Sequence record: MT682710.1
DNA length: 64,000 nucleotides
Source of the DNA: Escherichia phage vB_EcoM_FT
Reading direction: 5' to 3' (one strand)
Below, in pieces: positions 1 through 16,974 of the stretch. The notes under the pieces are model-generated. The model searched no databases. It was not told the origin of the DNA and saw only the letters and a list, made by a program, of their open reading frames with translations. The stretch's first letter is position 1. Every line of letters begins with the position of its first letter. Position numbers and translations under genes: made by a program.

Positions 1-2
1 TA

Positions 3-440
3 AATCAAATTGTTGGAACTGACTCCAGCGGAGGACAACCGTCTCCTTCTGGATCTCTATTAAATAAAGTTTCAGTGCTTGAAGGAGAAGTTTCAGTTTT
101 AAACAATAATGTTCAAAATATACAAGTTGAAATAGGAAATAATAGAACAGGAATTAAAGGTCAAGTTATTGAACTTACTTCACTTATAAATGGAAATAAT
201 CCTGACGGATCAACTGTTGAAGAACGAGGATTAACTAATTCTATAAAAACGAATGAAACTAACATTGCGGCAGTCACGCATGAAGTAAATACAGCTAAAG
301 ACAATATATCCTCTTTACAGAGCAGCGTTCAAGCTCTACAAGAAGCGGGTTATATTCCTGAAGCTCCAAAAGATGGCCAAGCTTACGTTCGTAAAGACGG
401 CGAATGGGTACTACTTTCTACCTTTTTATCACCAGCATAA
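3..440 (+). CDS. wac: fibritin (whisker/neck fibre), C-terminal part; 5' end lies outside window
   Basis: Reading frame open from window start; C-terminal foldon motif [27 protein letters not shown]; gene 13 follows. Confidence 0.9.
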   Translation, partial: NQIVGTDSSGGQPSPSGSLLNKVSVLEGEVSVLNNNVQNIQVEIGNNRTGIKGQVIELTSLINGNNPDGSTVEERGLTNSIKTNETNIAAVTHEVNTAKDNISSLQSSVQALQEAGYIPEAPKDGQAYVRKDGEWVLLSTFLSPA

Positions 441-443
441 CAT

Positions 444-459
444 GGGGCCGCAAGGCCCC
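444..459 (+). other. intercistronic RNA hairpin (GGGGCC-GCAA-GGCCCC) after wac
   Basis: 6-bp GC stem with GNRA loop; no U-tract, so more likely a stability/processing element than a terminator. Confidence 0.55.
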
Positions 460-471
460 AAAGGATTTTAA

Positions 472-2173
<1,702 letters not shown>

Positions 2174-2214
2174 TAAATATTATAAACTAATTAAAGCCCA
2201 GATTAGGAGAAATC

Positions 2215-5355
<3,141 letters not shown>

Positions 5356-5383
5356 TATTAAAGCATATTAAAGAGGATTAAAA

Positions 5384-7363
5384 ATGACTTTATTATCTCC
5401 GGGCATTGAGCTCAAAGAAACTACGGTTCAAAGCACCGTGGTTAATAACTCTACTGGTACAGCAGCTTTGGCCGGTAAATTCCAGTGGGGTCCTGCTTTT
5501 CAGATTAAACAGGTTACAAACGAAGTAGATTTAGTTAATACTTTTGGTCAACCTACAGCTGAAACTGCTGACTATTTTATGTCTGCAATGAATTTCTTAC
5601 AATATGGAAATGATTTGCGAGTTGTGCGCGCTGTCGATAGAGATACCGCTAAAAACTCATCTCCGATTGCTGGTAATATTGAATACACAATTTCTACCCC
5701 AGGTAGTAACTACGCGGTTGGAGATAAAATCACGGTCAAATATGTTTCAGAAGATGTTGAAACAGAAGGTAAAATTACCGAAGTAGATGCTGATGGAAAA
5801 ATTAAGAAAATTAATATTCCTACTGCAAAAATTATTGCTAAAGCTAAAGAAGTTGGCGAATACCCAACATTAGGTTCTAACTGGACTGCAGAAATTTCTT
5901 CATCTTCTTCCGGTTTAGCTGCAGTAATAACTCTTGGAAAAATTATTACTGATTCCGGTATTTTATTAGCTGAAATCGAGAGCGCTGAAACTGCTATGAC
6001 AGCAGTTGATTTTCAGGCAAATCTTGAAAAATATGGAATTCCAGGAGTAGTAGCTCTCTATCCAGGCGAATTAGGCGATAAAATTGAAATTGAAATCGTA
6101 TCTAAAGCTGACTATGTGAAAGGCGCTTCTGCATTACTGCCAATTTATCCAGGTGGTGGTACTCGTGCATCTACTGCCAAGGCAGTATTTGGATATGGGC
6201 CGCAGACTGACTCACAGTACGCTATTATAGTTCGTCGAAATGATGCTATTGTTCAAAGCGTTGTTCTTTCAACTAAGCGTGGTGAAAAAGATATTTACGA
6301 TAGTAACATCTATATCGATGACTTTTTCGCAAAAGGTGGTTCAGAATATATTTTTGCAACTGCACAAAACTGGCCAGAAGGATTCTCTGGAATTTTAACT
6401 CTTTCTGGTGGATTATCATCAAATGCTGAAGTTACAGCAGGAGATTTGATGGAAGCTTGGGACTTCTTTGCTGACCGTGAATCTGTTGACGTTCAACTGT
6501 TTATTGCGGGTTCTTGTGCCGGTGAATCTTTAGAAACAGCATCTACTGTCCAAAAACACGTCGTTTCAATTGGGGATGCTCGCCAAGATTGCTTAGTATT
6601 GTGCTCACCACCGCGTGAAACTGTAGTTGGAATTCCTGTAACCCGTGCTGTTGATAACTTAGTCAATTGGAGAACTGCCACAGGTTCATATACTGATAAT
6701 AACTTTAATATTAGTTCAACCTACGCAGCAATTGATGGTAACTACAAATATCAGTATGACAAATATAATGATGTGAATCGTTGGGTTCCATTAGCAGCTG
6801 ATATTGCTGGTTTATGCGCAAGAACTGATAACGTATCTCAGACTTGGATGTCTCCAGCTGGTTATAATCGTGGCCAGATTCTTAACGTTATTAAACTTGC
6901 TATTGAAACTCGCCAGGCTCAGCGCGACCGTTTATACCAAGAAGCTATCAACCCGGTAACTGGTACAGGTGGTGATGGTTACGTATTATATGGTGATAAA
7001 ACAGCTACTTCTGTTCCTTCTCCATTTGATCGTATTAACGTTCGTCGTCTGTTTAATATGTTGAAAACGAATATCGGACGTAGTTCAAAATATCGTTTGT
7101 TCGAATTAAACAATGCGTTTACTCGTTCTTCATTCCGTACAGAAACTGCTCAGTACTTGCAAGGAATTAAAGCTCTTGGCGGAATTTATGAATATCGTGT
7201 AGTTTGCGATACAACAAATAACACTCCGTCAGTAATTGATAGAAATGAGTTTGTTGCAACATTCTACATCCAACCGGCGCGCAGTATAAATTATATCCAG
7301 CTTAACTTCGTTGCGACTGCTACTGGTGCAGATTTCGATGAGTTAACTGGTCTTGCTGGTTAA
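5384..7363 (+). CDS. 18: tail sheath protein gp18
   Basis: 659 aa, T4 gp18 length; synteny. Confidence 0.93.
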   Translation: MTLLSPGIELKETTVQSTVVNNSTGTAALAGKFQWGPAFQIKQVTNEVDLVNTFGQPTAETADYFMSAMNFLQYGNDLRVVRAVDRDTAKNSSPIAGNIEYTISTPGSNYAVGDKITVKYVSEDVETEGKITEVDADGKIKKINIPTAKIIAKAKEVGEYPTLGSNWTAEISSSSSGLAAVITLGKIITDSGILLAEIESAETAMTAVDFQANLEKYGIPGVVALYPGELGDKIEIEIVSKADYVKGASALLPIYPGGGTRASTAKAVFGYGPQTDSQYAIIVRRNDAIVQSVVLSTKRGEKDIYDSNIYIDDFFAKGGSEYIFATAQNWPEGFSGILTLSGGLSSNAEVTAGDLMEAWDFFADRESVDVQLFIAGSCAGESLETASTVQKHVVSIGDARQDCLVLCSPPRETVVGIPVTRAVDNLVNWRTATGSYTDNNFNISSTYAAIDGNYKYQYDKYNDVNRWVPLAADIAGLCARTDNVSQTWMSPAGYNRGQILNVIKLAIETRQAQRDRLYQEAINPVTGTGGDGYVLYGDKTATSVPSPFDRINVRRLFNMLKTNIGRSSKYRLFELNNAFTRSSFRTETAQYLQGIKALGGIYEYRVVCDTTNNTPSVIDRNEFVATFYIQPARSINYIQLNFVATATGADFDELTGLAG

Positions 7364-7379
7364 TACGGTGCATTCTAAA

Positions 7380-7397
7380 GGCCTGTTTCGGCAGGCC
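7380..7397 (+). other. stable hairpin (GGCCUG-UUUCGG-CAGGCC) after gene 18
   Basis: Inverted repeat with UUCG-type loop, 17 nt after the gene 18 stop. Confidence 0.55.
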
Positions 7398-7398
7398 A

Positions 7399-7406
7399 TA
7401 TAAATA
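7399..7406 (+). promoter_or_regulatory. late promoter (TATAAATA), distal, upstream of gene 19
   Basis: Exact TATAAATA in the 18-19 intergenic region. Confidence 0.6.
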
Positions 7407-7457
7407 CACTATATCCTTAATTCTTTAATTCTATATGCCCTAGGTTAAACATAGGGA

Positions 7458-7465
7458 TATAAATA
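7458..7465 (+). promoter_or_regulatory. late promoter (TATAAATA), proximal, for gene 19
   Basis: Exact TATAAATA 15 nt upstream of the gene 19 ATG. Confidence 0.65.
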
Positions 7466-7479
7466 CTACAGAGGCTAAT

Positions 7480-7971
7480 ATGTTTGTAGATGATGTAACA
7501 CGAGCGTTTGAATCTGGTGATTTTGCTCGACCTAACTTATTCCAAGTAGAAATTTCTTATCTTGGACAAAATTTTACATTCCAATGTAAAGCCACTGCTT
7601 TACCAGCTGGTATTGTAGAAAAAATTCCAGTCGGATTTATGAACCGTAAAATTAACGTAGCAGGCGATCGTACATTCGATGACTGGACTGTTACAGTAAT
7701 GAACGATGAAGCTCATGATGCTCGCCAGAAGTTTGTTGATTGGCAAAGCATTGCTGCTGGTCAAGGAAACGAAATTACTGGTGGAAAACCTGCAGAGTAT
7801 AAAAAGAGCGCTATTGTTCGTCAATATGCTCGTGATGCTAAAACAGTAACAAAAGAAATTGAAATTAAAGGTCTGTGGCCTACTAACGTGGGTGAACTTC
7901 AATTAGATTGGGATTCAAACAATGAAATCCAAACCTTTGAAGTAACTCTTGCTCTCGATTATTGGGAATAA
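7480..7971 (+). CDS. 19: tail tube protein gp19
   Basis: 163 aa; synteny. Confidence 0.93.
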   Translation: MFVDDVTRAFESGDFARPNLFQVEISYLGQNFTFQCKATALPAGIVEKIPVGFMNRKINVAGDRTFDDWTVTVMNDEAHDARQKFVDWQSIAAGQGNEITGGKPAEYKKSAIVRQYARDAKTVTKEIEIKGLWPTNVGELQLDWDSNNEIQTFEVTLALDYWE

Positions 7972-7978
7972 AATGAAT

Positions 7979-7992
7979 GGGGAGAAATCCCC
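7979..7992 (+). other. hairpin (GGGGA-GAAA-UCCCC) after gene 19
   Basis: GNRA tetraloop hairpin 8 nt after the gene 19 stop. Confidence 0.5.
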
Positions 7993-8003
7993 ATCCTGCT
8001 TAA

Positions 8004-9628
<1,625 letters not shown>

Positions 9629-9629
<1 letters not shown>

Positions 9630-9868
9630 TGGAAGGTTTAATTGAAGCTATTAAATCAAACGACCTCGTAGCCGCTCGTAAATTATTTGCTGAAGCCATG
9701 GCTGCAAGAACGACTGATTTAATTAAAGAAGAAAAAATCGCTATCGCTCGTAATTTCTTAATCGAAGGTGAAGAACCTGATGACGAGGATGATGACGAAG
9801 ACGAAGATAGTGATGATAAAGACGACAAAAAAGACAAAGACTCTGACGAAGACGAGGATGATGAATAA
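9629..9868 (+). CDS. 67: prohead core protein gp67 with acidic D/E-rich C-terminal tract
   Basis: 79 aa; position between 20 and 68; [19 protein letters not shown] tract. Confidence 0.85.
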
Positions 9869-10293
9869 TGCTTCTGATCCCTGAAACTCATGAATTAGTT
9901 CTCGAGAATGTCGAAGCACTTATTCCTGAAGCACAGGGTCGCTTTGACGAATTGTCTTCTGCTTTAAATAAAGACGATATAAATACAATTGTCGAGAATA
10001 TGCTTGATGATGAAACTGATTTAGCGGTTGCATTAGCTTCTATTAATGAAAATATGCCGTTAAATGAATTTATCGTTAAACATGTTTCTGCCCGTGGTGA
10101 AATTACTCGCACTAAAGATCGCAAAACCCGCGAACGTAATGCATTTCAAACTACCGGGTTGTCTAAAGCAAAACGTAGACAAATTGCTCGTAAAGCTACC
10201 AAAACGAAGATTGCCAATCCAGCAGGTCAATCTCGTGCTCAGCGTAAGCGTAAAAAAGCTCTTAAACGCCGTAAAGCATTAGGATTAAGCTAA
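9868..10293 (+). CDS. 68: prohead core protein gp68
   Basis: 141 aa; synteny. Confidence 0.85.
9978..9985 (+). promoter_or_regulatory. candidate late promoter inside gene 68
   Basis: Exact TATAAATA within coding sequence, upstream of gene 21. Confidence 0.4.
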
Positions 10294-10931
10294 TGAATGA
10301 ACCCCAATTACTAATTGAAACTTGGGGTCAACCTGGCGAAATTATTGATGGCGTACCAATGCTTGAATCTCATGATGGAAAAGACTTAGGTTTAAAACCG
10401 GGTTTATACATCGAAGGAATATTCATGCAAGCGGAAGTCGTCAATAGAAATAAACGTCTTTATCCAAAACGTATATTAGAAAAAGCGGTAAAAGACTATA
10501 TTAATGAGCAAGTTTTAACTAAACAAGCTCTCGGAGAATTAAATCATCCTCCACGCGCTAATGTTGACCCGATGCAAGCCGCTATCATTATAGAAGATAT
10601 GTGGTGGAAAGGAAATGACGTATACGGACGAGCTCGTGTTATTGAAGGTGACCACGGTCCTGGAGATAAATTAGCAGCTAATATTCGTGCCGGATGGATT
10701 CCAGGAGTTTCTTCTCGTGGATTAGGTTCATTGACTGACACAAATAAAGGTTATCGTATCGTAAACGAAGGATTCAAATTAACTGTAGGTGTTGATGCAG
10801 TATGGGGTCCAAGTGCTCCAGATGCATGGGTAACTCCTAAGGAAATTACCGAATCACAGACGGCGGAAGCCGATACAAGTGCCGATGACGCCTATATGGC
10901 TCTCGCAGAGGCCATGAAAAAAGCGTTATAA
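10293..10931 (+). CDS. 21: prohead core protease gp21
   Basis: 212 aa; synteny. Confidence 0.9.
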   Translation: MNEPQLLIETWGQPGEIIDGVPMLESHDGKDLGLKPGLYIEGIFMQAEVVNRNKRLYPKRILEKAVKDYINEQVLTKQALGELNHPPRANVDPMQAAIIIEDMWWKGNDVYGRARVIEGDHGPGDKLAANIRAGWIPGVSSRGLGSLTDTNKGYRIVNEGFKLTVGVDAVWGPSAPDAWVTPKEITESQTAEADTSADDAYMALAEAMKKAL

Positions 10932-10934
10932 ATA
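10927..10934 (+). promoter_or_regulatory. late promoter for gene 22
   Basis: Exact TATAAATA ~28 nt upstream of the gene 22 ATG. Confidence 0.7.
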
Positions 10935-10961
10935 TTATTATCTAAACAACAGGACTACAAA

Positions 10962-11771
10962 ATGCTTAAAGAACAACTGATTGCCGAAGCGCAGAAAATT
11001 GATGCTTCCGTTGCTCTTGATAGTATTTTCGAATCAGTTAATATTTCTCCGGAAGCAAAAGAAACTTTCGGCACTGTATTCGAAGCTACCGTCAAGCAGC
11101 ACGCCGTTAAATTAGCTGAATCTCATATCGCTAAAATTGCTGAAAAAGCAGAAGAAGAAGTAGAAAAAAATAAAGAAGAAGCAGAAGAAAAAGCTGAGAA
11201 GAAAATCGCTGAGCAAGCTTCTAAATTCCTTGACCATCTTGCAAAAGAATGGCTCACTGAAAATAAATTAGCAGTAGATAAAGGTATCAAAGCCGAACTG
11301 TTTGAATCCATGCTTGGTGGATTGAAAGAGCTCTTCGTTGAACACAACGTTGTTGTTCCAGAAGAATCAGTTGATGTTGTAGCTGAAATGGAAGAAGAAC
11401 TGCAAGAACATAAAGAAGAATCAGCTCGTCTGTTCGAAGAACTCAATAAGCGTGACGCATATATCAATTATGTGCAGCGTGAAGTGGCATTGAGCGAAAG
11501 TACTAAAGATCTGACTGAGTCTCAAAAAGAAAAAGTCTCTGCTCTGGTCGAAGGTATGGATTATTCAGATGCATTCTCAAGTAAATTGAGTGCAATCGTA
11601 GAAATGGTGAAGAAATCTAATAAAGATGAAAGCACTATTACTGAGAGTATAAATACTCCTGATACTGAAGCAGCCGGACTGAATTTCGTCACTGAAGCTG
11701 TAGAAGATAAATCTGCACAAGGTGCAGAAGATATTGTAAGTGTATATGCGAAAGTCGCATCTCGTTTCTAA
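10962..11771 (+). CDS. 22: prohead core scaffold protein gp22
   Basis: 269 aa; acidic coiled-coil-rich; synteny. Confidence 0.9.
   Translation: MLKEQLIAEAQKIDASVALDSIFESVNISPEAKETFGTVFEATVKQHAVKLAESHIAKIAEKAEEEVEKNKEEAEEKAEKKIAEQASKFLDHLAKEWLTENKLAVDKGIKAELFESMLGGLKELFVEHNVVVPEESVDVVAEMEEELQEHKEESARLFEELNKRDAYINYVQREVALSESTKDLTESQKEKVSALVEGMDYSDAFSSKLSAIVEMVKKSNKDESTITESINTPDTEAAGLNFVTEAVEDKSAQGAEDIVSVYAKVASRF
11648..11655 (+). promoter_or_regulatory. late promoter for gene 23, inside the 3' end of gene 22
   Basis: Exact TATAAATA ~135 nt upstream of the gene 23 ATG. Confidence 0.7.
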
Positions 11772-11789
11772 TTTTAAAGGTTAACACAA

Positions 11790-13355
11790 ATGACTATCAA
11801 AACTAAAGCTGAACTTTTGAACAAATGGAAGCCATTACTGGAAGGTGAAGGTTTACCGGAAATTGCTAATAGCAAACAAGCGATTATCGCTAAAATCTTT
11901 GAAAACCAGGAAAAAGATTTCCAGACAGCTCCGGAATATAAAGACGAAAAAATTGCTCAGGCATTCGGTTCTTTCTTAACAGAAGCTGAAATCGGCGGTG
12001 ACCATGGTTACAATGCTACTAACATCGCTGCAGGTCAGACTTCTGGCGCAGTAACTCAGATTGGCCCAGCTGTTATGGGTATGGTACGTCGTGCTATTCC
12101 TAACCTGATTGCTTTCGATATTTGTGGTGTTCAGCCGATGAACAGCCCAACCGGTCAGGTATTCGCACTGCGTGCAGTATATGGTAAAGATCCGATCGCT
12201 GCCGGTGCTAAAGAAGCATTCCACCCAATGTATGGTCCAGATGCAATGTTCTCTGGTCAGGGTGCTGCTAAGAAATTCGCTGCTTTGAAAGCAAGTGATA
12301 CTCTTGAAGTCGGAACTATTTACACTCACTTCTTCCAGGAAACTGGTACAGTATATCTGCAAGCTACAGAAGCTAAACAAATTGATTCAGGCGCATCTGA
12401 CGCAGCTAAATTAGATGCTGAAATTAAGAAACAAATGGAAGCTGGTGTACTGGTAGAAATCGCTGAAGGTATGGCTACTTCTATCGCTGAACTCCAGGAA
12501 GGTTTCAACGGTTCTACCGATAACCCATGGAATGAAATGGGCTTCCGTATTGATAAGCAAGTTATTGAAGCTAAATCTCGTCAGCTGAAAGCTGCTTACT
12601 CTATCGAATTAGCACAAGACCTCCGCGCTGTTCACGGTATGGATGCTGACGCTGAACTGTCTGGTATTCTGGCTACAGAAATTATGCTGGAAATCAACCG
12701 TGAAGTTGTTGATTGGATTAACTACTCCGCTCAGGTTGGTAAATCTGGTATGACCCTGACTCCGGGTTCTAAAGCTGGTGTATTTGACTTCCAGGACCCA
12801 ATCGATATTCGTGGTGCTCGCTGGGCAGGTGAATCCTTTAAAGCTCTGTTGTTCCAGATTGACAAAGAAGCAGTTGAAATTGCTCGTCAGACCGGTCGCG
12901 GCGAAGGTAACTTCATTATCGCTTCCCGTAACGTAGTTAACGTTCTGGCTTCAGTTGATACCGGCATTTCTTATGCTGCACAAGGTCTGGCTACTGGCTT
13001 TAACACTGATACTACCAAGTCAGTATTTGCTGGTGTTCTGGGTGGTAAATACCGTGTATATATTGACCAGTATGCTAAACAGGATTATTTCACTGTAGGT
13101 TATAAAGGTCCGAACGAAATGGATGCTGGTATTTACTATGCTCCATATGTAGCTCTGACTCCGCTGCGTGGTTCCGATCCGAAGAACTTCCAACCGGTAA
13201 TGGGATTCAAAACTCGTTACGGTATCGGTATCAACCCATTTGCAGAATCCGCTGCACAGGCTCCGGCTTCTCGCATCCAGAGCGGTATGCCTTCTATTCT
13301 GAATAGCCTTGGTAAAAACGCTTACTTTAGACGTGTATATGTTAAAGGTATCTAA
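11790..13355 (+). CDS. 23: major capsid protein gp23
   Basis: 521 aa; synteny; strong terminator downstream. Confidence 0.95.
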   Translation: MTIKTKAELLNKWKPLLEGEGLPEIANSKQAIIAKIFENQEKDFQTAPEYKDEKIAQAFGSFLTEAEIGGDHGYNATNIAAGQTSGAVTQIGPAVMGMVRRAIPNLIAFDICGVQPMNSPTGQVFALRAVYGKDPIAAGAKEAFHPMYGPDAMFSGQGAAKKFAALKASDTLEVGTIYTHFFQETGTVYLQATEAKQIDSGASDAAKLDAEIKKQMEAGVLVEIAEGMATSIAELQEGFNGSTDNPWNEMGFRIDKQVIEAKSRQLKAAYSIELAQDLRAVHGMDADAELSGILATEIMLEINREVVDWINYSAQVGKSGMTLTPGSKAGVFDFQDPIDIRGARWAGESFKALLFQIDKEAVEIARQTGRGEGNFIIASRNVVNVLASVDTGISYAAQGLATGFNTDTTKSVFAGVLGGKYRVYIDQYAKQDYFTVGYKGPNEMDAGIYYAPYVALTPLRGSDPKNFQPVMGFKTRYGIGINPFAESAAQAPASRIQSGMPSILNSLGKNAYFRRVYVKGI

Positions 13356-13381
13356 TCTCTAACGATAGAAACACAATTTTA

Positions 13382-13404
13382 GGGAACCTTCGGGTTCCCT
13401 TTTT
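13382..13404 (+). terminator. rho-independent terminator after gene 23
   Basis: GGGAACC-UUCG-GGUUCCC followed by UUUUU. Confidence 0.8.
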
Positions 13405-14106
13405 CTATTTTATACGATAGCAATCAGGCATATCATCCGCATTTATCCAATTGCGAATAGTTTTAGGACTAACTTTAAAATGCTCCGCTGCGTAATCAGG
13501 ATTATCAAATTTAACGCCCTTTATACATATTGGAATAAATTTTTTAATACCGCCAAGTTTTTCAGAAATAGCTTTACGATGTGAAATCGATATAGGTTTA
13601 TTTTTTCGTGGATGAACATGTGTTTTATAATATTCATTGCGCCCTTTAACTCGCTTCGCAATAGTTTCATCAGATTGCTTAACGCCTGTTTTTGCCTTTG
13701 ATATTTTTCGTTTAGCTTCCACAGTCATTCCTTCTTTTGTTCGTATTGATAACATATTACGATATGAAGGATCTTGCAAATGAACTATAACTGGATTTCC
13801 TCTGCCACCAATAGCAGCATTATAGGTATCAGTTCTCATAACGAATTCCTCATTGACTAGTAAAGCTTCCATTTTATACATCTCCTCAGATGAGGAGAAA
13901 GAATAAAGAATTTCTTTTTTAAAGTTATGAATACCATATTTTTTGATGGACTTTTTGATGTTTACGCCAGAACCCATATAACCATCGTTTTCGTCAAGAG
14001 TAGCATGAGCTCCGATGTAAATTTTTCCATTGATGATATTAGTAATTTGATATATTAAATATTTCATTTTAAACATCACTCCGTTTGTATATGAATATAA
14101 TATCAT
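13405..14106 (-). CDS. segD: GIY-YIG homing endonuclease (free-standing, SegD-like)
   Basis: N-terminal KYLIYQITNIINGKIYIGAH GIY-YIG motif; opposite strand between genes 23 and 24; true start may be an internal Met (14076 or 14067) since GGAG lies just upstream of those. Confidence 0.75.
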   Translation of the reverse strand: MILYSYTNGVMFKMKYLIYQITNIINGKIYIGAHATLDENDGYMGSGVNIKKSIKKYGIHNFKKEILYSFSSSEEMYKMEALLVNEEFVMRTDTYNAAIGGRGNPVIVHLQDPSYRNMLSIRTKEGMTVEAKRKISKAKTGVKQSDETIAKRVKGRNEYYKTHVHPRKNKPISISHRKAISEKLGGIKKFIPICIKGVKFDNPDYAAEHFKVSPKTIRNWINADDMPDCYRIK

Positions 14107-14131
14107 ATTACTTTGGTCTTGTAAATAACTT

Positions 14132-14139
14132 TATAAATA
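14132..14139 (+). promoter_or_regulatory. late promoter for gene 24
   Basis: Exact TATAAATA ~28 nt upstream of the gene 24 ATG. Confidence 0.7.
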
Positions 14140-14166
14140 GTATTATATTTCAACAAGGAAAATACA

Positions 14167-15450
14167 ATGGCTAAAATCAACGAACTTCTGCGCGAATCAA
14201 CCACAACGAATAGCAACTCAATCGGTCGCCCAAATCTCGTTGCTTTGACTCGCGCTACCACTAAATTAATATATTCTGACATTGTAGCAACGCAAAGAAC
14301 TAATCAACCTGTTGCTGCTTTTTATGGTATCAAATACCTTAACCCAGACAATGAATTTACATTTAAAACTGGTGCTACTTATGCTGGCGAAGCTGGATAT
14401 GTAGACCGAGAACAAATCACAGAATTAACAGAAGAGTCTAAATTAACTCTCAATAAGGGCGATTTATTCAAATATAATAATATCGTTTATAAAGTATTAG
14501 AAGATACACCATTTGCTGATATTGAAGAAAGCGATTTAGAACTAGCTCTTCAGATTGCAATTGTTCTTTTAAAGGTTCGTCTATTTTCTGATGCAGCATC
14601 AACAAGCAAATTTGAAAGCTCTGATAGTGAAATTGCGGATGCTAGATTCCAGATTAATAAATGGCAAACCGCAGTTAAATCTCGTAAACTTAAAACTGGT
14701 ATCACAGTTGAATTAGCACAAGATTTAGAAGCAAATGGATTCGATGCTCCTAATTTCTTGGAAGATTTGCTTGCAACTGAAATGGCAGATGAAATCAATA
14801 AAGATATTCTGCAGTCTTTGATTACAGTGTCAAAACGCTATAAAGTTACAGGAATTACTGATACTGGATTCATCGATTTGAGTTATGCATCTGCACCTGA
14901 AGCTGGTCGTTCATTATACCGAATGGTATGTGAAATGGTTTCGCATATCCAAAAAGAATCAACTTATACAGCAACGTTCTGTGTTGCTTCAGCTCGTGCT
15001 GCTGCGATTCTTGCTGCTTCCGGTTGGTTAAAACATAAGCCAGAAGATGACAAGTATCTTTCACAAAATGCCTACGGGTTCTTAGCTAATGGTTTACCGC
15101 TTTATTGCGATACTAACAGCCCATTAGATTATGTAATCGTTGGTGTAGTAGAAAATATCGGTGAAAAAGAAATTGTTGGATCAATTTTCTATGCTCCGTA
15201 TACAGAAGGTCTTGACTTAGATGACCCTGAACATGTAGGTGCATTTAAAGTTGTTGTTGATCCAGAAAGCTTACAACCGTCTATCGGTTTATTAGTTAGA
15301 TATGCTTTATCAGCAAATCCTTATACCGTAGCAAAAGATGAAAAAGAAGCAAGAGTAATTGATGGTGGAGACATGGATAAAATGGCGGGTCGTTCAGATT
15401 TGTCTGTTTTATTAGGTGTTAAGCTACCAAAAATTATCATTGATGAATAA
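14167..15450 (+). CDS. 24: capsid vertex protein gp24
   Basis: 427 aa; late promoter upstream; synteny. Confidence 0.93.
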   Translation: MAKINELLRESTTTNSNSIGRPNLVALTRATTKLIYSDIVATQRTNQPVAAFYGIKYLNPDNEFTFKTGATYAGEAGYVDREQITELTEESKLTLNKGDLFKYNNIVYKVLEDTPFADIEESDLELALQIAIVLLKVRLFSDAASTSKFESSDSEIADARFQINKWQTAVKSRKLKTGITVELAQDLEANGFDAPNFLEDLLATEMADEINKDILQSLITVSKRYKVTGITDTGFIDLSYASAPEAGRSLYRMVCEMVSHIQKESTYTATFCVASARAAAILAASGWLKHKPEDDKYLSQNAYGFLANGLPLYCDTNSPLDYVIVGVVENIGEKEIVGSIFYAPYTEGLDLDDPEHVGAFKVVVDPESLQPSIGLLVRYALSANPYTVAKDEKEARVIDGGDMDKMAGRSDLSVLLGVKLPKIIIDE

Positions 15451-15456
15451 AACAAA

Positions 15457-15477
15457 GGGACCGAAAGGTCCCTTTTT
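15457..15477. terminator. bidirectional rho-independent terminator between gene 24 and rnlB
   Basis: GGGACC-GAAA-GGUCCC flanked by A-run and T-run. Confidence 0.75.
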
Positions 15478-15479
15478 AT

Positions 15480-16484
15480 TTAACTTACCAATTCAATCCA
15501 AGCCGGACGAAGTACATCTTGTACCATTTTAACTAATTCCTTTTTAACCAAAGAAGGATTATCCGCTTGAGTTAGAGTAATACCTTCACGAGAAGTTTCT
15601 TCCAAAATATCTTGAACAGTTAGCCCCATCACCTTTCCAAAATCTTTTGGACCAATTTCACCAATTTTAGAAATAACGTTATTTACTCGGTTCAGTGTAA
15701 CGTAACAAGCTAAAATTCCAACCAATTTGTTATCAGCTTCTGACAGTTCAACTTTAGCTTTAATAGGCTTATCAGACTTTTTCTTTTCACTAAATTTAGA
15801 GTTCTTGCATTTGATAGCTACGCGATTGCCATTAGGCATCCAAGAAGGATAACAAGGTTTCAATACATATCCTTCAGCGGTAAATACTTCGCCTTTTACT
15901 TCAGCATTCCAAACGCATTTATTTGCATCAACTAATCCAGCATGGTCTACCGTAAAATTATAATCCTGGACGACAGAATCTAAATCATTTGGCAATTTAA
16001 TAAGTTCTTCAAATTTACCACGACCTAAAAGTGGAGCCATTTTAAATTTAAATGTATTACAAAATGATTCCATCATATAATCATCGACATAAGTCACATC
16101 ACCACTTTCTGTAGTGACAATAATGTCAAATACATAAAAATCTTTATCGCCATAATCGACATTCTTCTGAATGCCAGGTCCAGCGAATTCGCCAAAGACT
16201 TGATAAGATACAACCGCTGAGGTTTCCATAATATCTTGTACTGCTTTAATAGAATCTTCGTAATTCTTTAGAATAATTTCATACCCAAAGAAATCTTCAG
16301 CAGGAAGAATCGGTCCAGTACGTTTAGCGCAAGTTACTTTATCACGCTCAATAATCAATGAGAAATTTGTGCCGTGAATCTTTTCACGAGCTACCCACTC
16401 CCCACCAGTCAATCCCAAGCTATAAAGTTTTTCAATAAATTTAGAGTTGTAATGATTTTCAAGACTGCTATACTTTTTAAACAT
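15480..16484 (-). CDS. rnlB: RNA ligase 2 (Rnl2)
   Basis: 334 aa; adenylylation motif KIHGTN; T4 Rnl2 length and position. Confidence 0.92.
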   Translation of the reverse strand: MFKKYSSLENHYNSKFIEKLYSLGLTGGEWVAREKIHGTNFSLIIERDKVTCAKRTGPILPAEDFFGYEIILKNYEDSIKAVQDIMETSAVVSYQVFGEFAGPGIQKNVDYGDKDFYVFDIIVTTESGDVTYVDDYMMESFCNTFKFKMAPLLGRGKFEELIKLPNDLDSVVQDYNFTVDHAGLVDANKCVWNAEVKGEVFTAEGYVLKPCYPSWMPNGNRVAIKCKNSKFSEKKKSDKPIKAKVELSEADNKLVGILACYVTLNRVNNVISKIGEIGPKDFGKVMGLTVQDILEETSREGITLTQADNPSLVKKELVKMVQDVLRPAWIELVS

Positions 16485-16493
16485 AATTAATCC

Positions 16494-16772
16494 TCAAAAT
16501 GTAATTTCTAACCAATCACCATCACGCTGATCACTATTGACTTTAAAGCTGAATCCTTCTTTTCTCAGCCAATCACCAATTTCTTCAGTAATCAATTTAT
16601 CACGAGCAATACAATAATAACTAAAATGTGTTTTACCTTGTTCAGCTGCTTTATTAGCAAGTTCCGAAAAATCTTTAATAAAACACTCTAGCTTAAACTG
16701 TTTACTTTTAAGTGCTTTTTCGCGCAATTGATTAGCAAAAGATTCATTTTCATAAAGATCATACTGTTCCAT
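16494..16772 (-). CDS. hypothetical protein (T4 24.2-like)
   Basis: 92-aa ORF in operon with rnlB; position. Confidence 0.6.
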   Translation of the reverse strand: MEQYDLYENESFANQLREKALKSKQFKLECFIKDFSELANKAAEQGKTHFSYYCIARDKLITEEIGDWLRKEGFSFKVNSDQRDGDWLEITF

Positions 16773-16974
16773 TTTTCACCTTTTTATTGATATGTCTTTT
16801 TCTATAGACGACTTTTTCTCGAGTTTCAAATTTATTTTTAGCAGTCATAGCTCGAGCCCATAATACAGCCACTTCTTTTGCCTGTAAGTTTAATTCACGA
16901 GCAATTTCAATGAATGACTTTCCAGACTCATGAAGAGTAAACACCACAACCTCAGTTCTCATAATCAATCTCAT
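16759..16974 (-). CDS. hypothetical protein (T4 24.3-like)
   Basis: 71-aa ORF overlapping next ORF; position. Confidence 0.55.
   Translation of the reverse strand: MRLIMRTEVVVFTLHESGKSFIEIARELNLQAKEVAVLWARAMTAKNKFETREKVVYRKRHINKKVKNGTV

Noticed and set aside
11123-11467. 114-aa Ser-rich minus-strand ORF
   Set aside because: Antisense to gene 22 (scaffold), whose E/K-rich codons give an open antisense frame; no translation signals
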